64,000 nt of DNA from Promethearchaeota archaeon (GCA_048941015.1 JBHLNZ010000006.1:18431-82430), one strand, 5' to 3'; positions 10,227 to 21,739 are shown, counted from the first letter of the stretch. Notes: a model not told the origin generated them from the letters alone. A program made the numbers and translations.

Positions 10227-12587
10227 TTAATATCTTTTAATGAATTTATCAGCTGACTTCTGCTCGAGCTTTATAACTGCATCTTTAAAATCTTTAACAT
10301 GAGCACCAAACTCATTTATTAAATCCGGTGTTACTTCAAATGCTTTGTCAAAATTTTCGATTGCTGTGAAATACTCTTTCTTATCTAAATATGTATAAGC
10401 TATAAAAAGCCACGCATGAGCTAAGAAAGGATCTAATTCCGTTGCTTTTTTATAATTACTAATGGCTCTATCATATTCTTTTTTTGTTCTATATGCATTT
10501 CCCATATTGTAAAATGCTTCTGCATATAAAGGTTCAACCTCAACGGCTTGTTGGTAAGATTCGATAGCGTTGTCAGGCTCACCTTTCTTCTCATAAGCTA
10601 TTCCCATGTGGTTCCAAGATTTCGCATGATTTTTACTTAAATCAAGTGCTTTTTTAAAAGTATTAATCGCCGTATCAAAATCGCCCTTAAGCGTATTTGC
10701 AATTCCAATAGTGAAATATCCTTCAATATATGCACTATCTAATTTTAATGCGTCATTGCAATCGTTTATGGCGTCATCATATCTCTTATTTTTAATCGCA
10801 ATTTTAGCTTTGTTTATTAACTCATTTTTATATTTGGTTTTAATAGGAACTTTGTCTTTATATTCTGAACTTTCTATTAAATCATTTACGCTCATAGCTT
10901 TTTCAAAATATTCAAAAGATTCATTATAATTTTGTTCTTCGGATAATTGAATTGCTTGTTCAACTAAAAGTTTGATTTCAGAATGATGAACTTCATCAAT
11001 TGATAATTTAATTTTATTCATTTCTTCAAAGCGACGCTTAGGATCATCAATTGTTTTAGCATATTCCATCTTTTTATTTAATTTTTCGAGTTCTCTTTCA
11101 AATTTCTTTTGTTCATCAGTTAAATCGCCCCTGCCAACGAGATCCTTTAATTCAGCCTGATATATCAGACTTTTTATTTTATTCTCTTCCTTTTCCATAT
11201 CTTCAGTTAAATACATCTTATTAGTAATTGCCAAAGCCCTTTTGAAGATCTCAAGGGCTTCATCATATTCTTTTTCCTCTAATAAAGCTTTACCCTCTTT
11301 TAAAATCTCATCTATCTGAGAAGAATAAGCTTTATTAACGGAATTCTTCAATGCTTCGAGTTCTTCATTTTCATCTTCAGCTATAGTCATTTCTTTTGCC
11401 ATGCTAATTGCAGCATATAATTCATTTATCGCCTTTTCATAATTTTTCTGAGCAATCTGTCTTAAATAATTGTCTTTCAATAAATTGATTCGAGTAAGAC
11501 ATGTTTTATTTATTAATTCCTTGATATTTTTAATTTCAAGTTCTTTTTGTGAAGAGTTTGTCATTTCTTCAGCAATATTTAAAGCTTTCTTAAATAATTC
11601 GATTGCTTTGTTTACATTTGTTATATCTTGCTCATAATTTTCCTTAATAGTATACTTTTTAGCTTCATCAATAATTGGTTTAATTCTTTCAGCATAAATA
11701 GGGTTTAAAGCTTTCGATGCGATTGAAGTTATCTTATCGATTTCCATTTTTTTTTGTTCTGAATCAAACATTTTTTCTGCGATATTTAACGCTTTGTTAA
11801 ATTCTTTATTAGCTTCATTATAATTATTTTGTTCTAATAAGGAACTTCCTTTTTCTACGATAGGTTTTACATTATTAGAATAGATTTGATTAATCAAACT
11901 TTTTAGGTTGGCAACTTCTGTATTTTTTAGATCAGATTCAAAAAATTTTTCCGTCATTTCTAATGCATCTTTAAATATTTCAAGTGCTTCATTGGATTTA
12001 CCTGAGACTTTTAATTGATTCCCTTGTTCAATTAATAGATTAATTTCTGTTGCATAATTTTGATTAAGTACTGCTTTAATTTTAACAATTTGTTCATGAT
12101 TTGGATTTTCTTTATAAATTTCTTTAGCTTTATCTAGTGTGTCTTTAAGAATTTTAATCGAATTTTCATATCTTCCTTCTTTCCTCAATCTTTCTGCTTG
12201 ATATATTTCTTCATCTAAATTAATTATATTTAGCCAATCTTTTATTTCATCTATTTCATTTTGCCTTAAATCATGATCTTCAATTTTATCAGCAATTCTC
12301 CTTGCTTCATCAAAAACTTTTAATGCTTTTTTAAATTCATTTTGTTTCAATATTATCTTAGTAGCTTCAATGATATCAATAATTTTGACTGAATAAACTT
12401 GATCTATTTGTGTTTTTATGTTTTCTATTTCATCTAATCTATCATCAGGATCCTTAACTTTCTCTTCTACAAAATGCATTGCTTCAAGATACTTTTCAAC
12501 TGCTCTATTGTAATTTTTTTCGTTTTTAAACGAGTTTCCTTCCTGCATGATAGAATTAAGTTTCTTCAAGTCAGACTTTTTAACCAT
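10227..12587 (-). CDS. TPR/alpha-solenoid repeat protein
   Basis: 786 aa. Long helical repeats at the N-terminus and canonical TPRs at the C-terminus (AEAFYNMGNAY, AKSWNHMGIAY). Confidence 0.85.
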   Translation of the reverse strand: MVKKSDLKKLNSIMQEGNSFKNEKNYNRAVEKYLEAMHFVEEKVKDPDDRLDEIENIKTQIDQVYSVKIIDIIEATKIILKQNEFKKALKVFDEARRIADKIEDHDLRQNEIDEIKDWLNIINLDEEIYQAERLRKEGRYENSIKILKDTLDKAKEIYKENPNHEQIVKIKAVLNQNYATEINLLIEQGNQLKVSGKSNEALEIFKDALEMTEKFFESDLKNTEVANLKSLINQIYSNNVKPIVEKGSSLLEQNNYNEANKEFNKALNIAEKMFDSEQKKMEIDKITSIASKALNPIYAERIKPIIDEAKKYTIKENYEQDITNVNKAIELFKKALNIAEEMTNSSQKELEIKNIKELINKTCLTRINLLKDNYLRQIAQKNYEKAINELYAAISMAKEMTIAEDENEELEALKNSVNKAYSSQIDEILKEGKALLEEKEYDEALEIFKRALAITNKMYLTEDMEKEENKIKSLIYQAELKDLVGRGDLTDEQKKFERELEKLNKKMEYAKTIDDPKRRFEEMNKIKLSIDEVHHSEIKLLVEQAIQLSEEQNYNESFEYFEKAMSVNDLIESSEYKDKVPIKTKYKNELINKAKIAIKNKRYDDAINDCNDALKLDSAYIEGYFTIGIANTLKGDFDTAINTFKKALDLSKNHAKSWNHMGIAYEKKGEPDNAIESYQQAVEVEPLYAEAFYNMGNAYRTKKEYDRAISNYKKATELDPFLAHAWLFIAYTYLDKKEYFTAIENFDKAFEVTPDLINEFGAHVKDFKDAVIKLEQKSADKFIKRY

Positions 12588-12802
12588 TTTTCCTTCGCCA
12601 AATCAAATAATCAGAATTATTTCTTTTTAATATTAATCCTTAGAATTAATCTAAATTTTTTAAATTTTTCTTATAAACATCGATAAAATTCAAATTTTTA
12701 TAAAAAAACCACTTTCTATTTAAAAGATTAACTCATAAAAAAAGTTTTAATTTGTTTCTATACGAACTTAAACTAATGGAATGAATAATTTGAAATTATT
12801 TT

Positions 12803-14419
12803 ATGGGTACTGAAAATTTGGAACGGAAAATCTTTTACGGTGGACCCATAGTTACCATTAATGATAGAAAACCATTCGTTCAAGCTGTAGGAATAAGTGG
12901 AGAAAAAATTCTTTCCATAGGTAATTTGAAACAAGTAAAAAATGCTATGGGAGAGAGCTATACTCTAATTAATTTGAATGGTAATACTATGTTACCTGGA
13001 TTTATTGACAGTCATCTTCATCCAATAATTCATTCTTTCTTCCTATTAAATCCTGACTTAACTACCATAAATAGCCTGGATGGCCTAAAAAAATTATTTG
13101 AAAGAATATGCAAAACAAAAAAAGAAGATGAATTAATAATTGGATTTAATTTGAAAGAAGAGAATTTCGATAAACCTATTTTACCAACAAAATGGGATTT
13201 AGATGAAATCTGTAAAGATAAACCATTATTTATTATGCGTTATGATGGTCATATCGGTATTGCAAATAGCAAGGCATTAGAATTAGCAGGCATATCAGAA
13301 GATACCATTTCACCCGAAGGTGGAGAAATACGTAAAAATGAAGATGGTGAATTAACAGGGATTATCTCTGAAAAAGCATTAGATTTAATCTTATCAAAAA
13401 TTTCATTTCCTGGTCCCGAAGAAATTAAGGAAGCTGCTAAAGAGGCATTTAAAATATTAGCCCAAAAAGGAATAACATCACTTCATGGTATCCTTAGTAC
13501 TGATGCAAAAGGAGAATTTGGAGGTGCTGCTGCTGTTGAAATGCCCATATATAGAAGTATTCAAGATATAATACCTCAAAATTGGTATGCATTGATTAAT
13601 ACCGACAAACCAAAGAAATTAGTTCGATTAAAAAAACCACCCCTTGATAATGGCACTGAGTATAGTAAATTTAAGCTGAATTGTCTAAAGCTTTATTTAG
13701 ATGGCACATTTGGAGCAAAAACAGCTTGCATGTATGAACCTTTTACAGATGCACCTGGTCAATGTGGTTTTTGTGTAGTCGATGAAAATGAAATTTATGA
13801 AAAAATGAAGATTGCTCATAGAAATGGGTTTCAAATTGGCATTCATGCTATAGGTGATAAAGGAAATAGGATTGTTGTTGATCTATACAAAAAGCTTTTA
13901 AAAGAATTTCCAAGAGAAAATCATAGACACAGAATTGAACACGCGTCAATGCTTACTCCTGATGTAATACGAGATATGAGAGATTATGGGATAATCGCTT
14001 CTTGTCAGCCACCTTTTTTAAACTCCGAATATCATTGGTTAGAAAAAAGATTAGGTAAAGATCGTCTGAAATATACTTATCCATTCAAATCTATAATTAG
14101 TGCGGGGGTAATATTAGCATCTGGTTCTGATTGCCCAATAGAAGATCCCAGTCCAATTCTAGGATTACATGCGTTAATTAATCGAAATGGTATAGTAATC
14201 GAGGAATGTATCTCTATAGAAGAAGCTTTGAAAACATATACTATTAATGCTGCGTATGCTGCCTTTGAAGAAAATGTGAAAGGAAGTATAGAAGAAGGAA
14301 AATTGGCTGATTTTGTAATTTTAGACAAGAATCCTCTTGAAACCGAAAAAGACAGAATTAAAGATATTAAAGTCGTTGAGACAATAATACGGGGAAAATC
14401 AGTTTTTAGAATAGATTAA
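12803..14419 (+). CDS. Amidohydrolase 3 family (YtcJ-like) metal-dependent hydrolase
   Basis: PGFIDSHLH, KLYLDG, IHAIGD, RHRIEHAS, GSDCP and GSIEEGKLADFVIL motifs. Confidence 0.9.
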   Translation: MGTENLERKIFYGGPIVTINDRKPFVQAVGISGEKILSIGNLKQVKNAMGESYTLINLNGNTMLPGFIDSHLHPIIHSFFLLNPDLTTINSLDGLKKLFERICKTKKEDELIIGFNLKEENFDKPILPTKWDLDEICKDKPLFIMRYDGHIGIANSKALELAGISEDTISPEGGEIRKNEDGELTGIISEKALDLILSKISFPGPEEIKEAAKEAFKILAQKGITSLHGILSTDAKGEFGGAAAVEMPIYRSIQDIIPQNWYALINTDKPKKLVRLKKPPLDNGTEYSKFKLNCLKLYLDGTFGAKTACMYEPFTDAPGQCGFCVVDENEIYEKMKIAHRNGFQIGIHAIGDKGNRIVVDLYKKLLKEFPRENHRHRIEHASMLTPDVIRDMRDYGIIASCQPPFLNSEYHWLEKRLGKDRLKYTYPFKSIISAGVILASGSDCPIEDPSPILGLHALINRNGIVIEECISIEEALKTYTINAAYAAFEENVKGSIEEGKLADFVILDKNPLETEKDRIKDIKVVETIIRGKSVFRID

Positions 14420-14422
14420 AAA

Positions 14423-15601
14423 TTAATCAGTAAAATAGAGATGCTCATCAAACCCAGTTTCAGCAATTAAATCTTGTCCAAGTTTCTGTATCGCTCTTTT
14501 AGTAGGATTTTGTAAGATCCTTTTAGCTATTTTTACAACTTTGGTTAATTTTACATCAGGAAATTCCTTAATAATATTATCATATCGCGAAAAATCGATT
14601 CCAGCCGTATAAACGCCTGCATGTCCATGTGTTGCTGAACTAGAAACTGACCAATGCTCCACTTTCAATTCAATTCTTGAAAGAAGTAAACTAGAAGTAA
14701 ACCAATCTAAATATAATTCCATTCTTTTTGATTTTCTTTTTGTAGTTTTTAACATCTTGAAAGCTCGATTAAGCCTATCAGGATGCATTTCTTTAAAGAC
14801 TCTTTCTTGAGGTTCAGACATACTTTCTTTAACGTGAGATTTTATTTGATCAATTATTTCATTAACTTTTTGAGCTCTTTCTTCTGTGATTTCTTGATGA
14901 ATTGCTTGAACATGTTGAGCGATTGTTGCATCAAAGTCGTTGTCTTGTTCAGATGAAATCTCTTGGCCTTCTGAATTGCTTTGATTACTACCTAATGATT
15001 CATTTATTTGTTGAATTTCTGTTGGCATGTTATAAATTTCTTTTTGTTGTAGGGTAAATAATTCTGCTAATTTCTGGGGATTTTGTCTTACATCATTGAA
15101 TTTCTCTTGTATTTCGTGGCGAGAGTAGCCCATATTCATAAGATAAAATGCCGCGCTAGATAATTGGTTTTCTAGCGCTTCTTCGGCACTATAGTTTCCC
15201 ACAGTCCCAAATTGCTCCCGTAATTGATCATCAGCTATTAAACTAATCTTTTCTTCATTAATCTCTTCTAACTTTATATTATCCAACTTAGTTAGTATAT
15301 GATCAATCTGTTCACTTGCTAAGTAGTTCAAATTACCAATTGGACCCACCATATATGAAATCTTTTCCATCTTCTTTAAAAGCTCGGAAATATCCTTTCG
15401 ATTTCTTCCTTTTGAAATCTTTAAAAAGTGTTGTAATAAATTTTTATTAAAACCAGCAATAATTTCAAGTCCGCGATCATCATAACTTCCCAAATACTCA
15501 GATAATTTACTTTCTTGGAATTCAGAGGGAAGATTGATATTAAAAACCAATACATTATCAACAATCATATAAATGTAATCTAATTTGTCCATAATCATCA
15601 A
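14423..15601 (-). CDS. Hypothetical protein
   Basis: 392-aa ORF with a Q/S/N-rich linker; no family recognised. Confidence 0.7.
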   Translation of the reverse strand: MMIMDKLDYIYMIVDNVLVFNINLPSEFQESKLSEYLGSYDDRGLEIIAGFNKNLLQHFLKISKGRNRKDISELLKKMEKISYMVGPIGNLNYLASEQIDHILTKLDNIKLEEINEEKISLIADDQLREQFGTVGNYSAEEALENQLSSAAFYLMNMGYSRHEIQEKFNDVRQNPQKLAELFTLQQKEIYNMPTEIQQINESLGSNQSNSEGQEISSEQDNDFDATIAQHVQAIHQEITEERAQKVNEIIDQIKSHVKESMSEPQERVFKEMHPDRLNRAFKMLKTTKRKSKRMELYLDWFTSSLLLSRIELKVEHWSVSSSATHGHAGVYTAGIDFSRYDNIIKEFPDVKLTKVVKIAKRILQNPTKRAIQKLGQDLIAETGFDEHLYFTD

Positions 15602-15696
15602 AAGTCGTAAGCTTAATTTCCTTCAGATATTGTTATCCCTAGTAAAAAATTAAAAATCTAAATATCTTATAAAAATAATTACATTTATACTTTGCA

Positions 15697-16188
15697 TTAA
15701 CGATTTAATTGGTATTTTTTTTTGACTTTTCGAGCAAAATCCATCTGTTCTTTAGTTTCAAGACTACACGGACGGATTTTTCGAATCCATTTTACAGGAT
15801 CTATATCATTTGGAATATGTCCAGTATGTGCTGCCCATGCAACTATAAATTGAGCGGTTCTTCCACATCCAGCAACACAATGGACAACTATTGATTCATT
15901 TTTTCTATGATGTTCATTACAAATTTCAAGAAAAGTTTCAATTTGCTTATTTGTGGGTATACCATAATCAGGAACGTTAATATGGTAATAATTAAAACTA
16001 TTTGGAATATCCTTACGATTATTAAATTCAGAACAATTAATAATAACCGAAATTCCTCTTTCTTTATAAATTTTGAATAAATTTGAATCTGGCCACCAAC
16101 TTGCTGCCACTTTTCCTTTAATTATCCATGTAAAAGGTTCTGTTCTATGGGGTTGACCTTCTTTTGGCCAGTACCAAGGATAAGTCAT
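15697..16188 (-). CDS. Dual-specificity/tyrosine protein phosphatase
   Basis: VHCVAGCGRT CX5R loop and upstream VPDYGIP general-acid loop. Confidence 0.9.
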   Translation of the reverse strand: MTYPWYWPKEGQPHRTEPFTWIIKGKVAASWWPDSNLFKIYKERGISVIINCSEFNNRKDIPNSFNYYHINVPDYGIPTNKQIETFLEICNEHHRKNESIVVHCVAGCGRTAQFIVAWAAHTGHIPNDIDPVKWIRKIRPCSLETKEQMDFARKVKKKYQLNR

Positions 16189-16274
16189 AACTATTAAAAT
16201 TAGATAAATAATATTAACTTGTTCAATATATCTTTAAATTTAAAAAAAAATATTAAAATAGAATAAAAAAAAAA

Positions 16275-19200
16275 TTATAAATTATTTTTTAAATGATTTA
16301 TCCGCTTCTTTACAATAAAAATTGAAACAAGACTAACGATTGTAATGACGAAGATTAAGTTATATCCCGATATTCCCCCAGGTGTAGGAGGAGAGGGTAT
16401 AGAAACCACTACTTCTATACAATTTGAGAGTGTATCACCATATCTATTATGAGCAACGACTATATAGTAGTATGTACCATTTTCTAATCCAGATATCGAT
16501 AAAGGACTTATGCCTGTTTGATATGCTATATTACTAAGTTCACCATTAATCTCAGATATAAAACTAATACTTTGATACACTGAATAATTATCAGCATTCG
16601 TAGCTGAATTCCATAGCAAATCAAAATTACCATCATCGTCAGGTGTTCCAGCTAACGAAGATAATACAAAACTTCCAGGTGGAAATTGAGGTGAAAGTAA
16701 ATTAGAACTACTAAATTCTAATGAATAATTTGCTGTGATTGTAAAAATTGTAAACATGAAGGTACCATTTAGTAAAATACCTGTGGATTTTTCATACCAT
16801 GCAAATCCTCCCGGATAAAGCAAGTCTTCAAGTACCCACACATTATAATCTCCATATCCCGGTATATTAATTGCAAGCTCTCCAGTACAATTATAGATAT
16901 GATCACCACTATAATATGAAGCGATAGATATTAAATCTCCAATTGAAATGTCAGTAAATATCCAAAGTGGAGTGTGTTGATTAATTCCAAAAGTAAAATT
17001 ACCTTGATTATTGGTCATGATTCGGGTATACGCATCAACATCCCATGTTCCTTCAAAATAATACTCTAATGTGGCTGTGAATTTTACGTGGAATAAACGA
17101 TTATAAATATGATGTTCCGTCATAAGATAGCTATAATCTACACGTGCCGGTCCATTCAATTCTCCCGCAGACATTAGGTAGTTAATATATAGATTATCAA
17201 TAAGCTTTATTTCTTTGATTGGAACTATCTTAGTCACTTCATTGTTATCGATAAAGATCTCTCCACTTACAGGAGGAGTATTTGCAGTAAAATTGTAGTC
17301 ATCATACGATATTGGAGTAAAATTATAGGTTATAGACCTGTTCGCTCCTACATCTAAGTTAGATATTGAAGTATAATTAACTTGAACTTCATTAAGATAA
17401 AGATATAGCTCTACATCTGCTTCATCTAAAGTACCCTCGTTAAATACAGTTGCAGTAATAAGATATGTAGAATCTAGTTCGCAATATCCAGGGACTTCAA
17501 CAATCAGTTTTAATTCATGGTCAAAAATCACATAATTGAAATTTGCATTAGTATCATTGAACTCAAATTCATAAAAATTAGAACCACCATCAAAATAAAA
17601 TACCCCTTCTAAAAGAAATCCTGTAGATTTCTCATATATCGCTATTCCTCCGGTTTGTGTCAAATCAATAAGTTCCAAAGCTTCTACTATACTAGTATTA
17701 GGTAATTCATAATAGATCTGTCTTGATACATTAAAAATATGATCTCCTTCACCATCTACCGCAATTGGAACGGTATCATTTAGGTTCACATCATTAAATA
17801 TCCATATAGGAGTATGATAACTATTACCGAAATAAAAATCTCCACCTGAATTTAACATTATTCTATTCTCCCCATTTTCATCCCAATAACCGTGATATAA
17901 CATTCCAATATTAAGGAACCAATCAAGATGGAAGATATTGCCTGAAAACTCAGTATATTCAAAACCAGAAGGACCAATTGTTCCATCAAGATTAAGAGTG
18001 TGATTTAAATATAATCCATCAAAAAGTTTGATATCTATAATTCTTAAAATTTCAATTACTATGTTATTATAGATAATCGTTTCATTTTCAACGGGAGGAG
18101 CATAGGCAGTAAAATTGTAAGTTCCGTACTCCGTAGGCGTCCAATTATAATTGAGTATCTCACTGTTTCCCGGATCTAAACTTGAAATAATTTTATCATT
18201 TATGATAAGTTCATTAAGGTACAGTATAAATTCAAATGTATTTTCTGTGTTATTCCCTTTGTTCGTAATTACAGCATTTATAATATAACTATTGTTAATC
18301 TTAGGAGTACTTGGTAGATTTAAAGTTACTTCAAGATCATGTTCTGGTATCATACCACCAGTTCCTAAGATTTGAATATCATCTACTAGCCATCCACGAT
18401 AATCATTATATAAGGAATCATAGGTGTCAAAATAAAACATAAATTGAACAGAGGAATTACCACAATAATTTGAAATATTTATTGATTCCTTTTGCCAAGG
18501 AGAAATATTAGCATCAGAAATATATATCTCCTCCCAATTAAATCCATCGATTGAAATATAAACATAGGAAACATCATAATTTGTATTAGATTCTACTTCC
18601 TTCCAGTGATAAAATTCTAACATAGCAGAATCTAAATCTGATAGATCAATTGGTATTGAAGTAAAGTTACCAAACTCACGATATCCTGTATCAAAAGTTC
18701 CGGTTGTTTCATTTCCAAACCACATAGAATGAATGGGAGAGTAATATGGATTTGGCCACGCACTGCTACTATTTGTTAGATGCCATAGTCCATTAATGTT
18801 TTCCCATTTAGATAGATCACTTTCGAAATCTTCATAAAATAGAGATCCCATAATCTGTACCAATTTAATCTCTTTATTATTTATTAAAATTGTTTCGCCA
18901 GAAACTGGTTGGGCATAAGCAGTAAAATTGTATGTTTTATATTCTGTAGGGAACCAGGTATAATTAATTGTTTTACTAGAGCCTACAGAAAAATCTGGGA
19001 TGATTGCAGAATTTACAAGAATTTCATCCAAATATAAGTAGAAACTGACACTCGTCTCATCATTCTCACCATTATTATATACTGTAGCATTTACAACATA
19101 AGATTCAAGAACTTCTGGATTTGATGGAACTTCCACAGAAACCCCTAAATCATGATCCAAGGTAGGATATCTAATTGTTGCATTTCCTGTTCCTGATATC

Positions 19201-21518
19201 GCTTTAGCGATTAAATAATATTTTCCATTTTCTGTAGGTGTATAAGATATTACCTCATCTTCACCTAATGTGCTAGATGTGCTTGATTTAAGCATAATTG
19301 GTTCTCCTATTGAAGAGGGATTATTGGAATATAAATGCAAATCGAAATCTGCTCCGGTTGGAACATCTAAAGTAAATATATAATTATTTCCACTAAGTAA
19401 ATTAACATAACAACCTAGGCCATGTTTGGTAAAGGGATCTTGATCACTACTTGATATTAACGAACTCTTTAGGGATCCTAAAGTAAGTTGTTGAGTGTAT
19501 GCTTCTATTGCAATATCAAGATTAGTTCTTCCATACCCTTCATGTACATCTTTACCACCCCTATCTAACGTGGGTGAATATTCACTATATGGTGATTCTC
19601 TCTGCAATGGATAAGTTTCAGTGGCAGACATCAACATTAATGATTTAACTCTTTTTGCTTCTGTTCCTGTAAAACCCCAACTTTGCATACCACCCATAGC
19701 TTCAATTAACACATTTACTGCACCAGCTACAGCAGGGGTGGCCATTGAAGTACCTTGAGCTCCATATAAATCATCAATATAACCTTCAGTAGGATATCCT
19801 CCTTCAGCATCATTATCATTTGTATCTGCAGAATACATTTGAAGATTATAAAAACTTCCCCCTGGAGCAGTAATATCTGGTTTCATTGTACTGCCTGTAT
19901 AGGAATTACCACCTTGACTACTATAAGATGTTATTTGATCATCAATGCTCATCGAAGCTACTGTAATAACATTATCAGCATCTCCAGGAGAACCAATATG
20001 ATTGAATATTGGGCCACTATTACCAGCAGCAACAACAGTAACTATTCCATTTTCAACCGCATTATTTACTGCACTAATCATAGATGTTTGACCCGATGGA
20101 CCCCCTAAACTCATAGATATAGTTGTTATATTATAGTTATTTTTATTACTTATAACCCAATTAATACCATCAATTATATCAGATAGAGTTCCTGACCCAT
20201 ATTGGTCTAAAACCTTAACTCCTACTAAGTGAGCATCGGGGGCGATTCCAATCCATGGATCTCCTGATCCGTAAAGATTAGGACTGAAAGGCCAATGAAT
20301 TTCGCTTCTAAATTTAATATCCCAATCATATACATAGCCATCATCACCATCATCCAAAATTAAATCAAATCTAAAGGAATATAACCCTAAATCCGTACTT
20401 GGAACGGTATATGAGAGATTGTGCATCCAAGTATCCGAATCATTAATATAAGAAGCTACTAGTGTATCTTCAAAATATAAATAGCCATAAAAATCGACAT
20501 CATCCGGACTTGGAGTGGAATCTTCAAATTCAGTCGGAATTTCAATCACTCCTGGATTAGTTACATTAAACCTTGCCCAATTTACTTCATACGTACCCGG
20601 TGAGTCTAAACCTGTATTCCAAGAACTCAATTCATAGGATGCAGTTGATACGCTTCTATCTAAATAATCATAATTTGGAGTTCCTATTCCCGTAGCTATC
20701 CCTGAACAATGAGTACCATGAGAATTATCATCATATGGTGTGGATAAGCTATTAACCATATCTTGCCAACCAATTATTTTATAATTAGGATCCCCCTCTG
20801 AATATCCAAGACCAAAAAAATCATGAGAATCATCAATACCAGTGTCAATAACTGCTATTGAGCTAAAAAAATCACCATCATAGGATAGATTATTCCAAAC
20901 ATATGGACGAAGATTCATATTACGTGTAGTGTAATATAATTGAGCTTCATAGAGTGCATCTTCTTCAATTATATAAGGAATATTATTAATATTTAGTTCA
21001 TTACTGAATTCAAATAATGTATCATAATCAATCGATCCAGCAAAACCGTTAATAGCTTTTTCATAAGTTGATGTGACCAAGCCTCCCAATTTTTCAAAAA
21101 GCTCTTTTATCGAATTATAATTTCCTTCTGGAAAAGATATTACAACTGGAATGCTCTCTTTCTTAATAATTATTTCGTCTCTCTCCAAATGGACAATTGT
21201 TCCTTCTGTATACTCGGTTTCACTTCTTTCATTGTCGTTAGAATATGAAATAAAACCATATTCTGCGATAAGTTCTAAATTTTTTTCAAAGTGGTCATTT
21301 ATCCCATTTTTGTCCTTATCAACGGATTTAATTAAATCATTCCATTCTAATAACGAGTTCTGTTCAAAATTTAATAAATTTAGGTCAATTTCTTGAATCT
21401 CTTCTGAATTTCTATTAATTGATTTTGTAATTAAAGGATTGGTAAAAAACGGGTAAATAATATTTATACTTATTAAGCACAAAATTAAGCTAATTCTACT
21501 ATTATTTCTTATTTGCAT
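16275..21518 (-). CDS. Membrane-anchored multidomain S8 (subtilisin-like) serine protease with PPC/CARDB-like domains and C-terminal sorting signal
   Basis: Catalytic motifs VIDTG, HGTHCSG, AAGNSG and GTSMATP. N-terminal signal peptide, repeated HDL-x-V...NATV-x-N-x-G CARDB-like units, and C-terminal ISGY + transmembrane segment + KKR. Confidence 0.92.
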   Translation of the reverse strand: MQIRNNSRISLILCLISINIIYPFFTNPLITKSINRNSEEIQEIDLNLLNFEQNSLLEWNDLIKSVDKDKNGINDHFEKNLELIAEYGFISYSNDNERSETEYTEGTIVHLERDEIIIKKESIPVVISFPEGNYNSIKELFEKLGGLVTSTYEKAINGFAGSIDYDTLFEFSNELNINNIPYIIEEDALYEAQLYYTTRNMNLRPYVWNNLSYDGDFFSSIAVIDTGIDDSHDFFGLGYSEGDPNYKIIGWQDMVNSLSTPYDDNSHGTHCSGIATGIGTPNYDYLDRSVSTASYELSSWNTGLDSPGTYEVNWARFNVTNPGVIEIPTEFEDSTPSPDDVDFYGYLYFEDTLVASYINDSDTWMHNLSYTVPSTDLGLYSFRFDLILDDGDDGYVYDWDIKFRSEIHWPFSPNLYGSGDPWIGIAPDAHLVGVKVLDQYGSGTLSDIIDGINWVISNKNNYNITTISMSLGGPSGQTSMISAVNNAVENGIVTVVAAGNSGPIFNHIGSPGDADNVITVASMSIDDQITSYSSQGGNSYTGSTMKPDITAPGGSFYNLQMYSADTNDNDAEGGYPTEGYIDDLYGAQGTSMATPAVAGAVNVLIEAMGGMQSWGFTGTEAKRVKSLMLMSATETYPLQRESPYSEYSPTLDRGGKDVHEGYGRTNLDIAIEAYTQQLTLGSLKSSLISSSDQDPFTKHGLGCYVNLLSGNNYIFTLDVPTGADFDLHLYSNNPSSIGEPIMLKSSTSSTLGEDEVISYTPTENGKYYLIAKAISGTGNATIRYPTLDHDLGVSVEVPSNPEVLESYVVNATVYNNGENDETSVSFYLYLDEILVNSAIIPDFSVGSSKTINYTWFPTEYKTYNFTAYAQPVSGETILINNKEIKLVQIMGSLFYEDFESDLSKWENINGLWHLTNSSSAWPNPYYSPIHSMWFGNETTGTFDTGYREFGNFTSIPIDLSDLDSAMLEFYHWKEVESNTNYDVSYVYISIDGFNWEEIYISDANISPWQKESINISNYCGNSSVQFMFYFDTYDSLYNDYRGWLVDDIQILGTGGMIPEHDLEVTLNLPSTPKINNSYIINAVITNKGNNTENTFEFILYLNELIINDKIISSLDPGNSEILNYNWTPTEYGTYNFTAYAPPVENETIIYNNIVIEILRIIDIKLFDGLYLNHTLNLDGTIGPSGFEYTEFSGNIFHLDWFLNIGMLYHGYWDENGENRIMLNSGGDFYFGNSYHTPIWIFNDVNLNDTVPIAVDGEGDHIFNVSRQIYYELPNTSIVEALELIDLTQTGGIAIYEKSTGFLLEGVFYFDGGSNFYEFEFNDTNANFNYVIFDHELKLIVEVPGYCELDSTYLITATVFNEGTLDEADVELYLYLNEVQVNYTSISNLDVGANRSITYNFTPISYDDYNFTANTPPVSGEIFIDNNEVTKIVPIKEIKLIDNLYINYLMSAGELNGPARVDYSYLMTEHHIYNRLFHVKFTATLEYYFEGTWDVDAYTRIMTNNQGNFTFGINQHTPLWIFTDISIGDLISIASYYSGDHIYNCTGELAINIPGYGDYNVWVLEDLLYPGGFAWYEKSTGILLNGTFMFTIFTITANYSLEFSSSNLLSPQFPPGSFVLSSLAGTPDDDGNFDLLWNSATNADNYSVYQSISFISEINGELSNIAYQTGISPLSISGLENGTYYYIVVAHNRYGDTLSNCIEVVVSIPSPPTPGGISGYNLIFVITIVSLVSIFIVKKRINHLKNNL

Positions 21519-21739
21519 ATTTTCAATTTTTTATTAGTTTTTACAGAATTGTTATATTATTCAAAAAGAGTTTTGTATTTATTTCTATCTAAGTACTTTT
21601 ATTAAATTGTTAATTCAGATGTTCAAAACTTCTCGAATATTTTAATTAAAAAACTAATTAAATTAAAATCTAAATTTTTAACTAATATTCTTTATTTATA
21701 TTATTTAGTATTCGGTATAATCTTAATAATTCAATAACA

